Source: Candidatus Zixiibacteriota bacterium (GTDB lineage: Bacteria; Zixibacteria; MSB-5A5; SM23-73-2). From it: a stretch of DNA of 64,000 nucleotides. The stretch lies in assembly GCA_030615745.1 (NCBI GenBank), contig JAUWYR010000008.1:762-64761 (forward strand), written 5' to 3'. Below the pieces are notes generated by a model, which did not search any database, had not been told where the DNA came from, and saw only the letters and a list, made by a program, of their open reading frames with translations. Position numbers and translations under genes: made by a program. The number at the start of each line of letters is the position of its first letter. Within the stretch, counting starts at the first letter, position 1. Below, one piece after another: positions 1 through 11,205 of the stretch.

Positions 1-2
1 AT

Positions 3-1553
3 TCTGCCAAAATCCTTACCCAGAGCGAGCATGGGTATGTCTCCTCCATAGACCCCAAAACACTTAATACCATCGCCCACACTCTGACCAGGATGATGGA
101 TAAGGAGTGCTCAGTTGGGGGTGAAGATAGAAGAATTAGATTTCCCATAGGAGCTGATGGCCTATATCCATCGCTTTGGGGTCATGCGTTAAACTCCCGG
201 GAGGCTTTTTTAACCAATGCCCCGCACAAGCATGAGGCATCTCGAGGCATCCCAGAGGGTCACATAACTCTTAAAAATTTCTTATCTGTTCCGGCGATGA
301 TCGGTGAAGAGTTAGTGGGACAAATAGCTTTAGCTAATTCAACTAAAGACTATACTCACCGTGAGCTCCAGGCGGTCAAACGGCTAGCTGAACTGTATGC
401 CATGGCGGTCCAGCGCAAGCGGGCGGAGGAGGTATTGAAGGAACGCACAGATCAACTTAACGAGCGAGTTAAGGAACTGAATTGTTTGTATAGCACTTCT
501 AATTTAATTGAGAAGCAAGATATTTCAATTGGGGAGATACTTCAGGGGACGGTCGAGCTAATGCCCTCCGCTTGGCTGTATCCGAAAATTACTTGTGCAC
601 GAGTTGTTCTAAAAGATCAAATTTTCAAAACCAATAACTTCCAGGAGACCATCTGGAAACAGGCGTCCGACATCATTGTGCATGGTGATCCAGTGGGTAG
701 GTTAGAGGTGTATTATATGGAAGAAAAACCTGAAGGGGATGAGGGACCTTTCATCGCGGAAGAGAGAACTCTGATCAACGCCGTCGCCGAGCGATTGGGA
801 AAAATCATCGAGCGCAAACGAGCGGAAGAAGAAATTCAAAAATTGAATAGAAGCTTGAAGGCCAAGACCACGGAACTTGCCTCGGCCAATAAAGAATTGG
901 AAGCATTCAGTTACTCCGTATCCCATGATTTGCGTGCTCCGCTAAGGGCTATTGACGGCTTCAGCCGGGCGTTGCAGGAAGATTATGCCAACAAGTTGGA
1001 TCAACCGGGAAAGGACTATCTCAGGCGGGTAAGTGCTGCAACCCAGCATATGAGACAGCTGATTGATGATTTACTGAATCTGTCATTGGTCATGCGTGCC
1101 CAAATGCGACATGAGAAGATCAATCTAAGTGAAATGGTGCGAGCCATCACAGCAGAGCTTCAGAACACTCAACCAGAACGTCAGGTAGAGTTTATTATAG
1201 AGGAGGGGTTACTCGCCCATGGCGACCCGCGATTATTGCGGGAGGTATTGGAGAACCTTTTAGGTAATACCTGGAAGTTTACCGAGAAGCATTCAAAAGC
1301 GAAAATAGAATTTGGCACGGTTCATAAGGAGGAACAGATAGTTTATTTCGTACGGGATGACGGTGCCGGTTTTGATATGACTTATGCAAACAAATTGTTT
1401 ATTCCATTTCAGCGTCTTCACTCAACTGCTGAATTTTCGGGTAATGGCATCGGTCTGACAATCGCAAGCCGGATCATAAATCGACATGGAGGCCGCATCT
1501 GGGCTGAAGGTGAAGTGGAAAAGGGTGCGACCTTCTATTTCACCCTAGGATAA
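3..1553 (+). CDS. sensor histidine kinase, 5'-partial (frame open to window edge)
   Basis: HisKA H-box 'SHDLRAPLRAIDGF'; HATPase_c G-boxes 'DDGAGFD' and 'GNGIGLTIA'; coiled-coil linker; no stop codon upstream in frame back to position 3. Confidence 0.85.
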   Translation, partial: SAKILTQSEHGYVSSIDPKTLNTIAHTLTRMMDKECSVGGEDRRIRFPIGADGLYPSLWGHALNSREAFLTNAPHKHEASRGIPEGHITLKNFLSVPAMIGEELVGQIALANSTKDYTHRELQAVKRLAELYAMAVQRKRAEEVLKERTDQLNERVKELNCLYSTSNLIEKQDISIGEILQGTVELMPSAWLYPKITCARVVLKDQIFKTNNFQETIWKQASDIIVHGDPVGRLEVYYMEEKPEGDEGPFIAEERTLINAVAERLGKIIERKRAEEEIQKLNRSLKAKTTELASANKELEAFSYSVSHDLRAPLRAIDGFSRALQEDYANKLDQPGKDYLRRVSAATQHMRQLIDDLLNLSLVMRAQMRHEKINLSEMVRAITAELQNTQPERQVEFIIEEGLLAHGDPRLLREVLENLLGNTWKFTEKHSKAKIEFGTVHKEEQIVYFVRDDGAGFDMTYANKLFIPFQRLHSTAEFSGNGIGLTIASRIINRHGGRIWAEGEVEKGATFYFTLG

Positions 1554-1707
1554 GATAATGGAGAAAGGTTAGTAAATAGCTATAAATTGGGCGCTAACAG
1601 CAGATTTGTAAGTTGATTGGCTATAACAAATTCTGTTGTGTGCGCAGAAACCTATGATGTATTGTTACTTTTAAACAAGCCACCCCCTACCCAAAAGGAG
1701 AGATTAG

Positions 1708-2934
1708 ATGAGTATACAACTTCGGGTACTTATTGTTGAGGATTCGGAAGACGATGCTGCCTTGCTGGTGCGAGAACTGCGAAGAGCTGGCTATGAACCT
1801 GTTTTCAAAAGAGTTGAAACAGCAAAAGCCATGTCTGCTGAGCTGAAGCGGCAGGAATGGGATATCGTCATCTGCGATTATGTTATGCCGAAGTTCAGCG
1901 GACTTAAGGCCTTGAGCGTATTGAAGAACAGCGGAGTTGACCTACCCTTCATCATCATTTCTGGTAAAATTGGCGAGGAGACAGCGGTGGAAGCGATGAA
2001 AGCTGGTGTACATGATTACTGTATGAAAGATAATCTTACCCGACTTGGTCCTGCTATCCACAGGGAATTAAAGGAAGCAGTTGTTCGAAGAGAGCGCAAA
2101 CTTGCACAAGAGGCCCTGCGTGACCAAGCCCAAATAATGGACCAGGTTCACGATTCGGTGATCTCAACTGACCTTGATGGGCATGTGACAAGCTGGAACA
2201 AAGGCGCAAAAAGACTGTTCGGCTATTCTGCCAAAGAGGCTCTGGGTAAGCATATATCGTTTGTCTATCCCGCGGATCAACACCAGTTTCTTCAACAAAA
2301 AGTAATCAAGCCTCTCAAAAAGAAGGGTCAACATGAAGTTGAAGTGCGGATGCGGAGAAAGTCGGGAGAAGACTTTTACGCCCACCTTTCACTTTCACTA
2401 CTGAAAGACAGGAAGGGTTCCGTTGTCGGAATGATCGGTTATTCAATGGATATAACCCCGCGCAAGCATGCTGAGGAGGCACTGAGAGAAACGACCAAGC
2501 AACTGGAGATTGAGCGAGAGGCGCTGGAAAGGAAGAACATTACCTTACGCGAAATCCTCAATCAGATCGATGCGGAGAAAAACAATCTGAAGCAACAGAT
2601 TACCACAAACGTCGAGCAGGCAATAATTCCTACTCTGCTCAGACTGAAAGAATCATCTCACACCTCCCTTTCCAGAAATTTCGAGATGTTGGAAAAAGAT
2701 CTGCGGGAAATCGTCTCACCTTTTCTTCAAACGCTAAAAAATAACTACTCTAAACTATCTCCAAGAGAGTTAGAGGTCTGTCGTCTCATAAAAAATGGAA
2801 TGACATCAAAGGAAATAGCCGAGGCATTACATCTGTCTCTGATGACGATACACAAGTATCGCGAGTTGATAAGGAAGAAATTGGGTCTAGTCAACAATGA
2901 TATCAATCTCCGTACTTATCTGCAGTCACTCTGA
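1708..2934 (+). CDS. response regulator, REC-PAS-LuxR-type HTH
   Basis: N-terminal receiver 'VLIVEDSEDD...DIVICDYVMP'; central PAS-like segment; C-terminal LuxR HTH 'LSPRELEVCRLIKNGMTSKEIAEAL'; good RBS aaaggagag. Confidence 0.8.
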   Translation: MSIQLRVLIVEDSEDDAALLVRELRRAGYEPVFKRVETAKAMSAELKRQEWDIVICDYVMPKFSGLKALSVLKNSGVDLPFIIISGKIGEETAVEAMKAGVHDYCMKDNLTRLGPAIHRELKEAVVRRERKLAQEALRDQAQIMDQVHDSVISTDLDGHVTSWNKGAKRLFGYSAKEALGKHISFVYPADQHQFLQQKVIKPLKKKGQHEVEVRMRRKSGEDFYAHLSLSLLKDRKGSVVGMIGYSMDITPRKHAEEALRETTKQLEIEREALERKNITLREILNQIDAEKNNLKQQITTNVEQAIIPTLLRLKESSHTSLSRNFEMLEKDLREIVSPFLQTLKNNYSKLSPRELEVCRLIKNGMTSKEIAEALHLSLMTIHKYRELIRKKLGLVNNDINLRTYLQSL

Positions 2935-3033
2935 TTACGAAAAAACTTATGAATAAATAGGATCTTTGCGTTGTCTATAAAACTTTCCGCTTTAATCAGA
3001 GAGTAAAGAATTCTTGTGTAAAAATTCATATTA

Positions 3034-4386
3034 TCAGACACTTCTTTTCAACCACCTTCCTTTTCGATACCAAAAGTAAAAAAGGGATGACCCAACAAAA
3101 GTAGCCAAAACAATAGCCCACCAGACCCCATTCTGATTAAAACCGAAAACCTTGGTGAAGAGAAGTATCAAGGGAATCTCCAGTGCCCAGGAATAGATCA
3201 TTCCTATTACCATCGAAGGAACATTATCCCCTGCCCCAGCAAAGATCATTTCCAAGGTTATAAATAGGCCAAGAAAGGGAAAACCTACTGCCTGAATCCT
3301 TAAAAGAGTAGTTCCTAAGGAGACCAGATCTGGAGCCTGAAAGAATATCTTAACAATGAAGGGAGCAAAAACAAAATTAACTAATCCGAAGAAGGTCATG
3401 ATACCCATAGCGAAAAGTGAAGTTAAATTAGCTGTCTTTTTAGCACGCTCCAATTTTCTTGCTCCTAAGTTCTGACCGATCAAAGATGAGAGACCAAGAC
3501 CCATCCCCACGATTACCATAATACCCAAGGAGGAGATTCTCATTCCAATTCCATAAATTGCCACCACCCCTGTGCCAAAAACTGCAACTAAAGGCATGAT
3601 TATCAACCGGGCAAAAGAAAATGATATGTCATTTATTCCGGTGGGGAGCCCAATTCTTATGATCTGGAGCAGAGATTTTAATTTAAGTCTCAACCGGCTT
3701 TTCAAATGTAACGTAACATTACATTTTCCTGAAAAGAATACAAGGAGCCCGGTGAAAAAAGCTGTGAAAAAGGATATAACCGAGGCAACCGCTGCCCCCA
3801 CCACTCCCAGTTTTGGGAAAAACCACCAGCCGAAGATCAAAAATGGATCCAGTATTAGATTTAAACCGGTTGACCCCAGCATAATAGCCATAGCTATGTT
3901 AGGATTTCCAATACTTCTTAAGGCGGTATAGATGGTGAAAGTTGAAAATGCAAATCCTAAGCCTAAAAACTGCACCTTGCCATATCTTATTCCCATATTT
4001 ACCACCTCTCCTTTAGCACCCAAAAGAACCAAGATTTTGTCAATTAAGAAAAATCCAATTGAGCCAAAAAAGATGGCCAGCATCCACTTTAAAAGTATGG
4101 TGTCTTTTATCGCTCTTTCTGTTTCCAGATAGTTTTTTTCACCATAACGTCTGGAGATAATAGCTAAAGAACCTGTTCCAGCGATCTGATTGGCTGAAGT
4201 TATGACCCAGTAAAAGGAAGAAAATATGGTTATGGCTGCCACCGGCTCAGCGCCTAATTTTGCCACCCAGAACATATCCACAATATCGTAAATATTCAAA
4301 GCTGCAAATCCAATCATTGAAGGGAAGCCCATCCTGAAGATGCTTTTTATTATGCTTCCCTCTGTATGGTCATATATTTTTTTCAT
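3034..4386 (-). CDS. MATE-family efflux transporter
   Basis: 450 aa, about 12 predicted TM helices, size and composition typical of MATE/MurJ-like exporters. Confidence 0.55.
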   Translation of the reverse strand: MKKIYDHTEGSIIKSIFRMGFPSMIGFAALNIYDIVDMFWVAKLGAEPVAAITIFSSFYWVITSANQIAGTGSLAIISRRYGEKNYLETERAIKDTILLKWMLAIFFGSIGFFLIDKILVLLGAKGEVVNMGIRYGKVQFLGLGFAFSTFTIYTALRSIGNPNIAMAIMLGSTGLNLILDPFLIFGWWFFPKLGVVGAAVASVISFFTAFFTGLLVFFSGKCNVTLHLKSRLRLKLKSLLQIIRIGLPTGINDISFSFARLIIMPLVAVFGTGVVAIYGIGMRISSLGIMVIVGMGLGLSSLIGQNLGARKLERAKKTANLTSLFAMGIMTFFGLVNFVFAPFIVKIFFQAPDLVSLGTTLLRIQAVGFPFLGLFITLEMIFAGAGDNVPSMVIGMIYSWALEIPLILLFTKVFGFNQNGVWWAIVLATFVGSSLFYFWYRKGRWLKRSV

Positions 4387-4755
4387 ATCTTTTAAAGAAA
4401 GTCAAAACTTCATTCTTTTATGATACCAGAACGTGTGATTCAGTTAACCGAATTAAGCTCAAATATAGTCAGAAGTTCATTAAAATCAATCTTTCCCTGG
4501 CACTAAAAGAAAGAATACGATTTTCCAACTTAAAAGCATCAATATTTTTCGGGATGGTTTTAAAAAAAAGAAGCTTTTTAGTCAGATCTAAGGCAAAACG
4601 TAATCAAGGATTTTTGGGCAAAAGAAAGTTACATTACTCTCCACAAACACTTAACTTTTTTCTTTAATAACTTAATGCATCTACTTCATACACATAAGCT
4701 TTTGATTTTTTTTATTTAAAAGAAACTTAAATAATTTTTAACTAAAAAAATCTTT

Positions 4756-5328
4756 CTATATCTCAGACACTAAATCATCCAAGCTGCGGCGGGGTGTTTT
4801 CTCCGGCTTTTCATCAGGATAACCGATTGGGAGTATGATTATGGGTCTTAAAGTGAGTGGAATGTCAATTATTCTGCTTACCTCTGCCTCATCGAAAGCA
4901 CCCACTATAACGCTCCCCAATCCTAAGTCAACTGCTGCTAAGTGAACGTAAGCGCAGGATATGGTAGCATCCTGAATTGAATATAAAGTCTCGCCTCGTT
5001 TTCCATATCTTTGAGCAGACCTTAAAGGGTCAATGCAGAAGACTAAATCAATTGGAGCTTGAGCTATAAAGTCTTGATCCCAGGAAGCCTTAGCAAGATT
5101 TTCTTTTTTCTTTTCATCTTTAACCAGAAATATCTGATAAGCTTGCAGGTCCCCAGCAGAAGGAGCTGAGTTTGCCACCTCTAAAAGTTTTTGAATTTTC
5201 TCTTCTTCTATCTTTTTTTTCTGAAAAGCTCTGATAGAATGTCTCTTTTTTACTACTTCAAAAAATTCCATATAATCTCCCAATAAAATAATCTGAAGGG
5301 CGGAGTAAACTCCGCCCAAATCAATCAA
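4756..5328 (-). CDS. nitroreductase family protein
   Basis: 'KRHSIRAF' FMN-binding motif, 190 aa. Confidence 0.75.
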   Translation of the reverse strand: MIDLGGVYSALQIILLGDYMEFFEVVKKRHSIRAFQKKKIEEEKIQKLLEVANSAPSAGDLQAYQIFLVKDEKKKENLAKASWDQDFIAQAPIDLVFCIDPLRSAQRYGKRGETLYSIQDATISCAYVHLAAVDLGLGSVIVGAFDEAEVSRIIDIPLTLRPIIILPIGYPDEKPEKTPRRSLDDLVSEI

Positions 5329-5358
5329 GGTTATTACTATCTTTTTTTATAAGGCTAC

Positions 5359-5700
5359 CTACTTTTTGAAGTTTTCTAAGGCTTCCTCAAGGGTATCATA
5401 CACATCAAAGACCAAAGTGAGTTTGGTTATGGCAATGAGTTCCTGGATTTTTTTGGTAAGGTTGGCTAATTTAAGATTGCCACCTTTCTCTTTGAATTTC
5501 GTATGGTGATGGATAAGGATGGCAATGCCGGATGAGGACATCCATGCTGTCTTGCCCAAATCGATTATAACCTTTTTTTGCCCTCTTCCTATAAGAGCAT
5601 AGAGCTTCTCATCCAACTCACCCACATCAGGTCCACCCATGAGTTTACCCACCGGCTCTAAGACAACAACATCATCTTTAGTATAGGAGTTTATCTTCAT
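5359..5700 (-). CDS. STAS-domain anti-sigma-factor antagonist
   Basis: 113 aa; SpoIIAA-like pattern 'VVVLEPVGKL...VIIDLGKTAWMSSSGIAIL'. Confidence 0.7.
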   Translation of the reverse strand: MKINSYTKDDVVVLEPVGKLMGGPDVGELDEKLYALIGRGQKKVIIDLGKTAWMSSSGIAILIHHHTKFKEKGGNLKLANLTKKIQELIAITKLTLVFDVYDTLEEALENFKK

Positions 5701-5917
5701 CTTATTTTCTCCTCCTTCTACATTGTTTTAAGGCACTAATATATATAAATGAACCTTTAGGTCAAAGGTTTTTTTAAATTTTTTCAAAAAAAGTTTTGAA
5801 TATGTAAAAATCGACCTATTTTCTCTTATTAAAATAAGTAAAAGTCTTGACAACTTTTCTATTAAACATTATTTTGGTTTTAAGTTTTTGAAAAAAAATC
5901 AAGTGTAGGAGGATAAT

Positions 5918-8900
5918 ATGAGAAAAAGAGCCTTTTTTTTACTTTTGTCAATATTAATTCTTCAAACAAAAGCTTTTTCATCAGAAGAGTATATCAAATT
6001 TGCTCGCTATCCCGCCCTATCACCTGATGGAAAAACTTTAGCTTTTTGCTATTTTGGAGATATATGGACTGTGCCAAAAGCAGGTGGAGTGGCGAGGAGA
6101 TTAACAGACCATCAGGCAAACGACATCCATCCGGTCTGGTCACCGGATGGGAACTATATTGCATTCTCCTCTGACAGAAATGATAATTACGATATATTCA
6201 TAATATCCAAAGATGGTGGTATACCAAAACAGTTGACTTTTCACACCAGAAATGATTTAGTTACATCCTGGTCACCGGATGGGAAAAAACTCCTTTTCTA
6301 CTCAGGAAGGTCTGGATGGAGCGACTTTTACGAAACAGACACATCTGGAAAAACGCCGATAAAGCTTACCGGTGGATGGAACGAGGCTGAATTTTATGGA
6401 GAATATTCACCTGATGGAAAATATATAGCTTATAACGATGGTGAGGGGTTGTGGAACTGGTGGAGGAAAAAGGTCATCTCCCCTTGCTGCTCAGATATAT
6501 ATGTTCTTGATTTAACCTCCAAAAAATTCAGCTCAAAAAGGATCACCAATTTCGAAGGTAACGACCTCTGGCCAATGTGGTCAGATGATGGTGATTATAT
6601 CTTTTACGTTTCCTCAAGAGATGGAATTCCAAATCTATGGAAAATTCCAAAAGATTCTAAAAAACCCTCTCAATTGACATTTTATAAAGATGATGGTGTT
6701 AGCTGGCCCTCCATCTCAAAAGATGGAAAATTCATTGTTTACGAATATGATTTCGGAATATGGATGATTCCAACTTCTATGGGAGAACCACAAGAGATTA
6801 AAATTGTTATCCAATCCGAGCCTAAAACCAATATCAAAGAGGAAAAAACCTACAAGTCTTCTGTTTCAGAATACTTGCTTTCACCTGATGGGGAAAAGAT
6901 AGCTTTTGTGATAAGGGGTGAGCTCTTTGTAGTTCCAGAAGAAGCTGGAGGAGATGCCAGAAGATTGACCAAAACTCCCTGGCGTGAATCTCAGATAACC
7001 TGGTCTTCTGATAGTAAAAAAATTGCCTATACTTCTGATAGGGATGGGAATCAAGACCTTTTTTTAGTGGATATAAAATACCCAGAGGAGAAAAGATTGA
7101 CCAAAACTCCAGAGAACGAGACAAAGCCACACTTTTCCCCTGATGGAAAATATATCGCCTACTACAAAGGCACAGACAAAATCTGCTATATCTTAGCTGA
7201 GGGAGGAGAGGAAAAGATATTCGTTTCCGGGAATTTCATCGATTTTCCAACTGAGCCAACTAAAGAGTTCGAATGGTCGCCTGATTCAAAATGGATAGCT
7301 TACACCATGCTGGGTCCAGATTATAACACAGATATCTGGGTGAAGTCTATCGATGGAAAAAAGTCTTATAACATAAGCCAATTAGCTAAGTATAACTACA
7401 GACCTAAATGGTCAAAGGATGGAAAGATCATCTATTTTTCTTCCACCCTAAATGTGAACACTGATATTTATAAGATAGACCTTTTGCCTGAAAAAATAGA
7501 GTTCAAAGAGGATATTTTAGATAGTCTATATGAGAAAAAAGAGAAAAAGAAAGAAGATAAAAAAGATAAAGGAGATAAAGAAGAAAAAAAAGAGGTAAAG
7601 ATTGATTTTAAAAATATTGAAAAAAGGGTTAAAAGGGTTACAGAGATAATAAATGACCAGACCTATCCGGTTTTAACTCCGGATGGCAAAACCTTTGTAT
7701 TTGTTTCTGATATTTTGGGCAAAAAAGATATATGGAGTCTGCCAACTGAGGAAGAGGAGAAGAAATTGACTCAGCTAACAACTACCGAAACTGAAAAATC
7801 ACACCTTACGGTTACCCCTGATAGCAAGAAAGTCTATTATTTATCTAAAGGTAGGATATACTCTGTCAATTTAACCGATAAAAAAGTTTCTCCTTTAGAT
7901 TTTTCTGCAAAACTCGATGTTGATTATCCAAAAGAAAGGGAACAGATTTTTTGTGAATCCTGGAGGATTCTAAATTCTTACTTCTATGACAAAGACCTCC
8001 ACGGAACAGACTGGGAAAATGTAAAGGAAAAGTATTATCCTATCTTACAGAATATATCCACCCGGAAAGACTTTTTTGACCTGATCAAGGAGATGATCGG
8101 GGAGCTTAACTCTTCACATTTGAATATCTATTCAAGGGGCGGAGGTGTGAGCTCGGAAAAAGAGACAGGTTATCTCGGAATAGAGCTCGATTACCAGGTT
8201 TTAAAAGATGAGGGATTACATAAGATAAAATATGTTTATTCAGAAGGACCTGCAGACCATAAGGATTCGAAATTGGAGATAGGGGAGTATATACTCTCTG
8301 TTGATGGTGAATTATTAGAAAATGAGGCTAATTATTTTCAGCTTTTGGGTGGCAAGGTCGGCAGGAGAGTAAAACTTTTGGTCAACTCGAAACCGAAAAC
8401 AGATTCTGCAAAAGAAGTTTTTATTAAGCCGATTTCAAGAAACAAGAAACAAGAAAAAGAAACAAGAAATAAGTATATCGATCTGGTATATGAGGATTGG
8501 GTGGATAAAAAAAGAAATCTGGTTGAGGAAAAAAGTGAGGGGAGGTTAGGATATCTTCATATCAGAAGGATGAATAAGACCTCCTTGAACAGGTTTAAAA
8601 AGGAAATTACCTCTGAGGTAGCAGGCAAACAAGGAGTGATAATAGATGTGAGATATAATCGAGGTGGATGGACTGGGGTATATATATTAGAGGTCTTGAT
8701 CAAAAAGCCTTATGTTATGCGTAATTTCAGGGCTTCGGAAAAAGTATCCGAGAACAAATACAGGTCAAATGCCTTGGAAAAACCGACTGTGCTTTTGATA
8801 AATCAGCATGCTTTTTCAAATGCGGAGATATTCGCTCAAGGATTCAAAACCTTGAATTTAGGAAAAATCATTGGCTGGCCAACCGCAGGAGGGGTTGTTG

Positions 8901-9100
8901 GAACAAGCGAATGGAGACTTATCGATGGGTCATATCTTAGAAAGCCTTCCTGGGGAGCTTTTACAGTTGATGGAGAAAATTTAGAAAATAATCCGAGAGA
9001 ACCTGATATCTATGTTGAAACAACACTTGAGGACCTGATAAATGGTCGTGATCCCCAATTGGAAAGAGCAATTCAGGAGCTTCTTTTGGAGTTGAAATAG
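5918..9100 (+). CDS. tricorn protease homologue (beta-propeller + PDZ + S41 peptidase)
   Basis: 1060 aa; signal peptide; many 'SPDGK' TolB/PD40-type blades; C-terminal tail-specific-protease-like domain. Confidence 0.75.
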   Translation: MRKRAFFLLLSILILQTKAFSSEEYIKFARYPALSPDGKTLAFCYFGDIWTVPKAGGVARRLTDHQANDIHPVWSPDGNYIAFSSDRNDNYDIFIISKDGGIPKQLTFHTRNDLVTSWSPDGKKLLFYSGRSGWSDFYETDTSGKTPIKLTGGWNEAEFYGEYSPDGKYIAYNDGEGLWNWWRKKVISPCCSDIYVLDLTSKKFSSKRITNFEGNDLWPMWSDDGDYIFYVSSRDGIPNLWKIPKDSKKPSQLTFYKDDGVSWPSISKDGKFIVYEYDFGIWMIPTSMGEPQEIKIVIQSEPKTNIKEEKTYKSSVSEYLLSPDGEKIAFVIRGELFVVPEEAGGDARRLTKTPWRESQITWSSDSKKIAYTSDRDGNQDLFLVDIKYPEEKRLTKTPENETKPHFSPDGKYIAYYKGTDKICYILAEGGEEKIFVSGNFIDFPTEPTKEFEWSPDSKWIAYTMLGPDYNTDIWVKSIDGKKSYNISQLAKYNYRPKWSKDGKIIYFSSTLNVNTDIYKIDLLPEKIEFKEDILDSLYEKKEKKKEDKKDKGDKEEKKEVKIDFKNIEKRVKRVTEIINDQTYPVLTPDGKTFVFVSDILGKKDIWSLPTEEEEKKLTQLTTTETEKSHLTVTPDSKKVYYLSKGRIYSVNLTDKKVSPLDFSAKLDVDYPKEREQIFCESWRILNSYFYDKDLHGTDWENVKEKYYPILQNISTRKDFFDLIKEMIGELNSSHLNIYSRGGGVSSEKETGYLGIELDYQVLKDEGLHKIKYVYSEGPADHKDSKLEIGEYILSVDGELLENEANYFQLLGGKVGRRVKLLVNSKPKTDSAKEVFIKPISRNKKQEKETRNKYIDLVYEDWVDKKRNLVEEKSEGRLGYLHIRRMNKTSLNRFKKEITSEVAGKQGVIIDVRYNRGGWTGVYILEVLIKKPYVMRNFRASEKVSENKYRSNALEKPTVLLINQHAFSNAEIFAQGFKTLNLGKIIGWPTAGGVVGTSEWRLIDGSYLRKPSWGAFTVDGENLENNPREPDIYVETTLEDLINGRDPQLERAIQELLLELK

Positions 9101-9394
9101 AAATTTTGGATTTTTGAGCGCTCAGAGTTTTAAAACGAATTTATCTGTTTAATCTGTTGGGAATCATCCGCTCAATCTGTTTCATCCGTGGGGAATTATC
9201 CGTTCAATCCGTTCAATCTACTGTGAAATCCGTTCCAACCGTTTAATCTGTTGGGAATTAATATGCCTAGTAACGCTGGTTATCTCCCTACCCGGGCAGC
9301 TATGCTTTTAAATCATATTCACAAACTACCTATTTTGTTTTCTCTATAGTATTATTATACTCTACCTCTGAGACACAACCCCGGAAAGATTTTT

Positions 9395-10057
9395 TTAATA
9401 ACCTTTTCTTCTGCCAATAGCAATCCAGTCAAATTCAACATCTTTTTTTTCAGAGACTGATTTCACTAAAAAACCTTTAGAAAACTGTCCACTAACAAAA
9501 AGCTCGCTGAATTCTCCTTTGGAAGTTAAAGTGATTCTTAAAGGAACCTCAGTTGAGATCGCCTCGCAAAACAATCTATTAAACTCAACTTTTGCCATAC
9601 CATCTACCAATCTTGCTGTGCCTGAACACATAAATTCCACCTCGGGTGACTCTATTGCAAAAAGTGGCTCTTTACCCCTTGAGGTCTCGACTAAACTGCT
9701 TTTTGTTCCTGTGGCATAGATAGTTCCAGCAACATATAGTCCCCGATTATTTGGATAAGCTCCAGCTGAATAGACATAAAGCCCATAAAAATCTTTGTTA
9801 TTACTTCTCAGCACATTTCCCCTCTCCCCGGTTGCATCGATTCCTTCATCTCCAGCATAATAAACCACAATTCCATCACCTGAAGCCCTGAAAACAGAGA
9901 CACCATCATCCTTTACTTTATCGATATCAATACCATCATAAGCACTATCCACAGAAAGACCATCCTCTTTAGCGAATTTTACTTTCACCCCATCATCAAA
10001 AGCCTCACCTATATAAAACCCTCTATGCGCCCTCTGAACATTCATCCCATTACCCAT
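9395..10057 (-). CDS. hypothetical repeat protein ('DG(I/L/V)SV' repeats), no signal peptide
   Basis: ORF only; overlaps the upstream ORF by 16 nt in a different frame. Confidence 0.3.
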   Translation of the reverse strand: MGNGMNVQRAHRGFYIGEAFDDGVKVKFAKEDGLSVDSAYDGIDIDKVKDDGVSVFRASGDGIVVYYAGDEGIDATGERGNVLRSNNKDFYGLYVYSAGAYPNNRGLYVAGTIYATGTKSSLVETSRGKEPLFAIESPEVEFMCSGTARLVDGMAKVEFNRLFCEAISTEVPLRITLTSKGEFSELFVSGQFSKGFLVKSVSEKKDVEFDWIAIGRRKGY

Positions 10058-10635
10058 AGCATCTTTTCTTTTATCAATATCCCATCTTTTTCAGAAAAAT
10101 CGATTTTGAGCCCATCCTGATTTGACCCCAAAGACTCAGGATCAGCTGGATTTTCGTAAGAAAACTTTTTTTTCACAAAAGGAGTATCATTTTTAGCCAG
10201 AATCGCAAACTCATCAAATCCCTTATCAGGTATTGGAGAAGCAGTAAAATCTTTTGCACTCACAAATAAATTTTGAAAAAAAGATTTATCATAGTAATTT
10301 TTTGAGTCATCTAAAGATGATATACCCTCAGGTGCTCCGAAGTCTTTTTTATTCGAAACCTTATTCTCTTCTTTTTCTTTAAATTCTATTTTTGATAAAT
10401 TTAAATTCTCTTTTTTCAGATTCAGGTCTGAACAGTTTTGGTTTTTCAGATTATTAATTTCTGAAAAAAGAATGTCTTTTTGCAAAGAATTTACATCATT
10501 TATTTTGTCTTCTGAAAATAAAAGCTTTTCTTTCTCGTAGAGTCCTTCGGATAAATTAAAAAAGAAGAAAAAAGAGAAACAGAGAAAAGAAATCCACATA
10601 AAAAATCTCATAAAGCTTAAGCTTTTACAGGACAT
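10042..10635 (-). CDS. hypothetical secreted low-complexity protein
   Basis: N-terminal hydrophobic signal/TM segment, Lys/Glu/Asn-rich. Confidence 0.3.
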   Translation of the reverse strand: MSCKSLSFMRFFMWISFLCFSFFFFFNLSEGLYEKEKLLFSEDKINDVNSLQKDILFSEINNLKNQNCSDLNLKKENLNLSKIEFKEKEENKVSNKKDFGAPEGISSLDDSKNYYDKSFFQNLFVSAKDFTASPIPDKGFDEFAILAKNDTPFVKKKFSYENPADPESLGSNQDGLKIDFSEKDGILIKEKMLWVMG

Positions 10636-11205
10636 AATCTTCCTCCTTTTGCTTAAAACTTTAGTTTAAGACTAAAATTATTTTTCTAAAAGCTACTTTT
10701 TTAGAATCGAATAGATTTTTTGCCCCCGCGAAAAAACGGTTCAAACCAAAATGAAAGCTATCTTTTCTTATCTGGTAAATTATTTACAAGTTCATATTCG
10801 CCTTTCAGTATTTTTTCCACAGTCTCAGCAAACTTCTCAGGTGTCAAGCTCTGGAGTTTGTAGGGATGCCAGAGGGTTTTTTGAAAGTTGCTTATATCTT
10901 TTTCTGTATTTTTCTTCTTCATATACTAAAAAAGCCACCCCAAACTTCACTTGATCCTCCCTCAAGCAAGTTCAGAATGGCATTTTCCAAGGTGTCGAAT
11001 ATTCAAGTTTTTATAATTATAAGACAATAGCTTTTAGTTTGTCAAGTAAAATCTTAAGAAAAATCAACATTAAATTTATCGATAAGAGTTTGAAGGAATG
11101 AAAGCCTGATGATTTAAACCCAGAAAAAATCCTTTTGCCTCTTAGGATCTCGAGGGAAGCGCTGAAAGGTAAACACCACACAAAAAAAATTTATTTAACC
11201 GGGTT

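Noticed and set aside
3572-4132. Plus-strand ORFs 3572..3931 and 3932..4132, and the many 60-120-aa antisense ORFs inside annotated genes
   Set aside because: Fully embedded antisense within longer, well-supported genes. Typical AT-rich antisense read-through.
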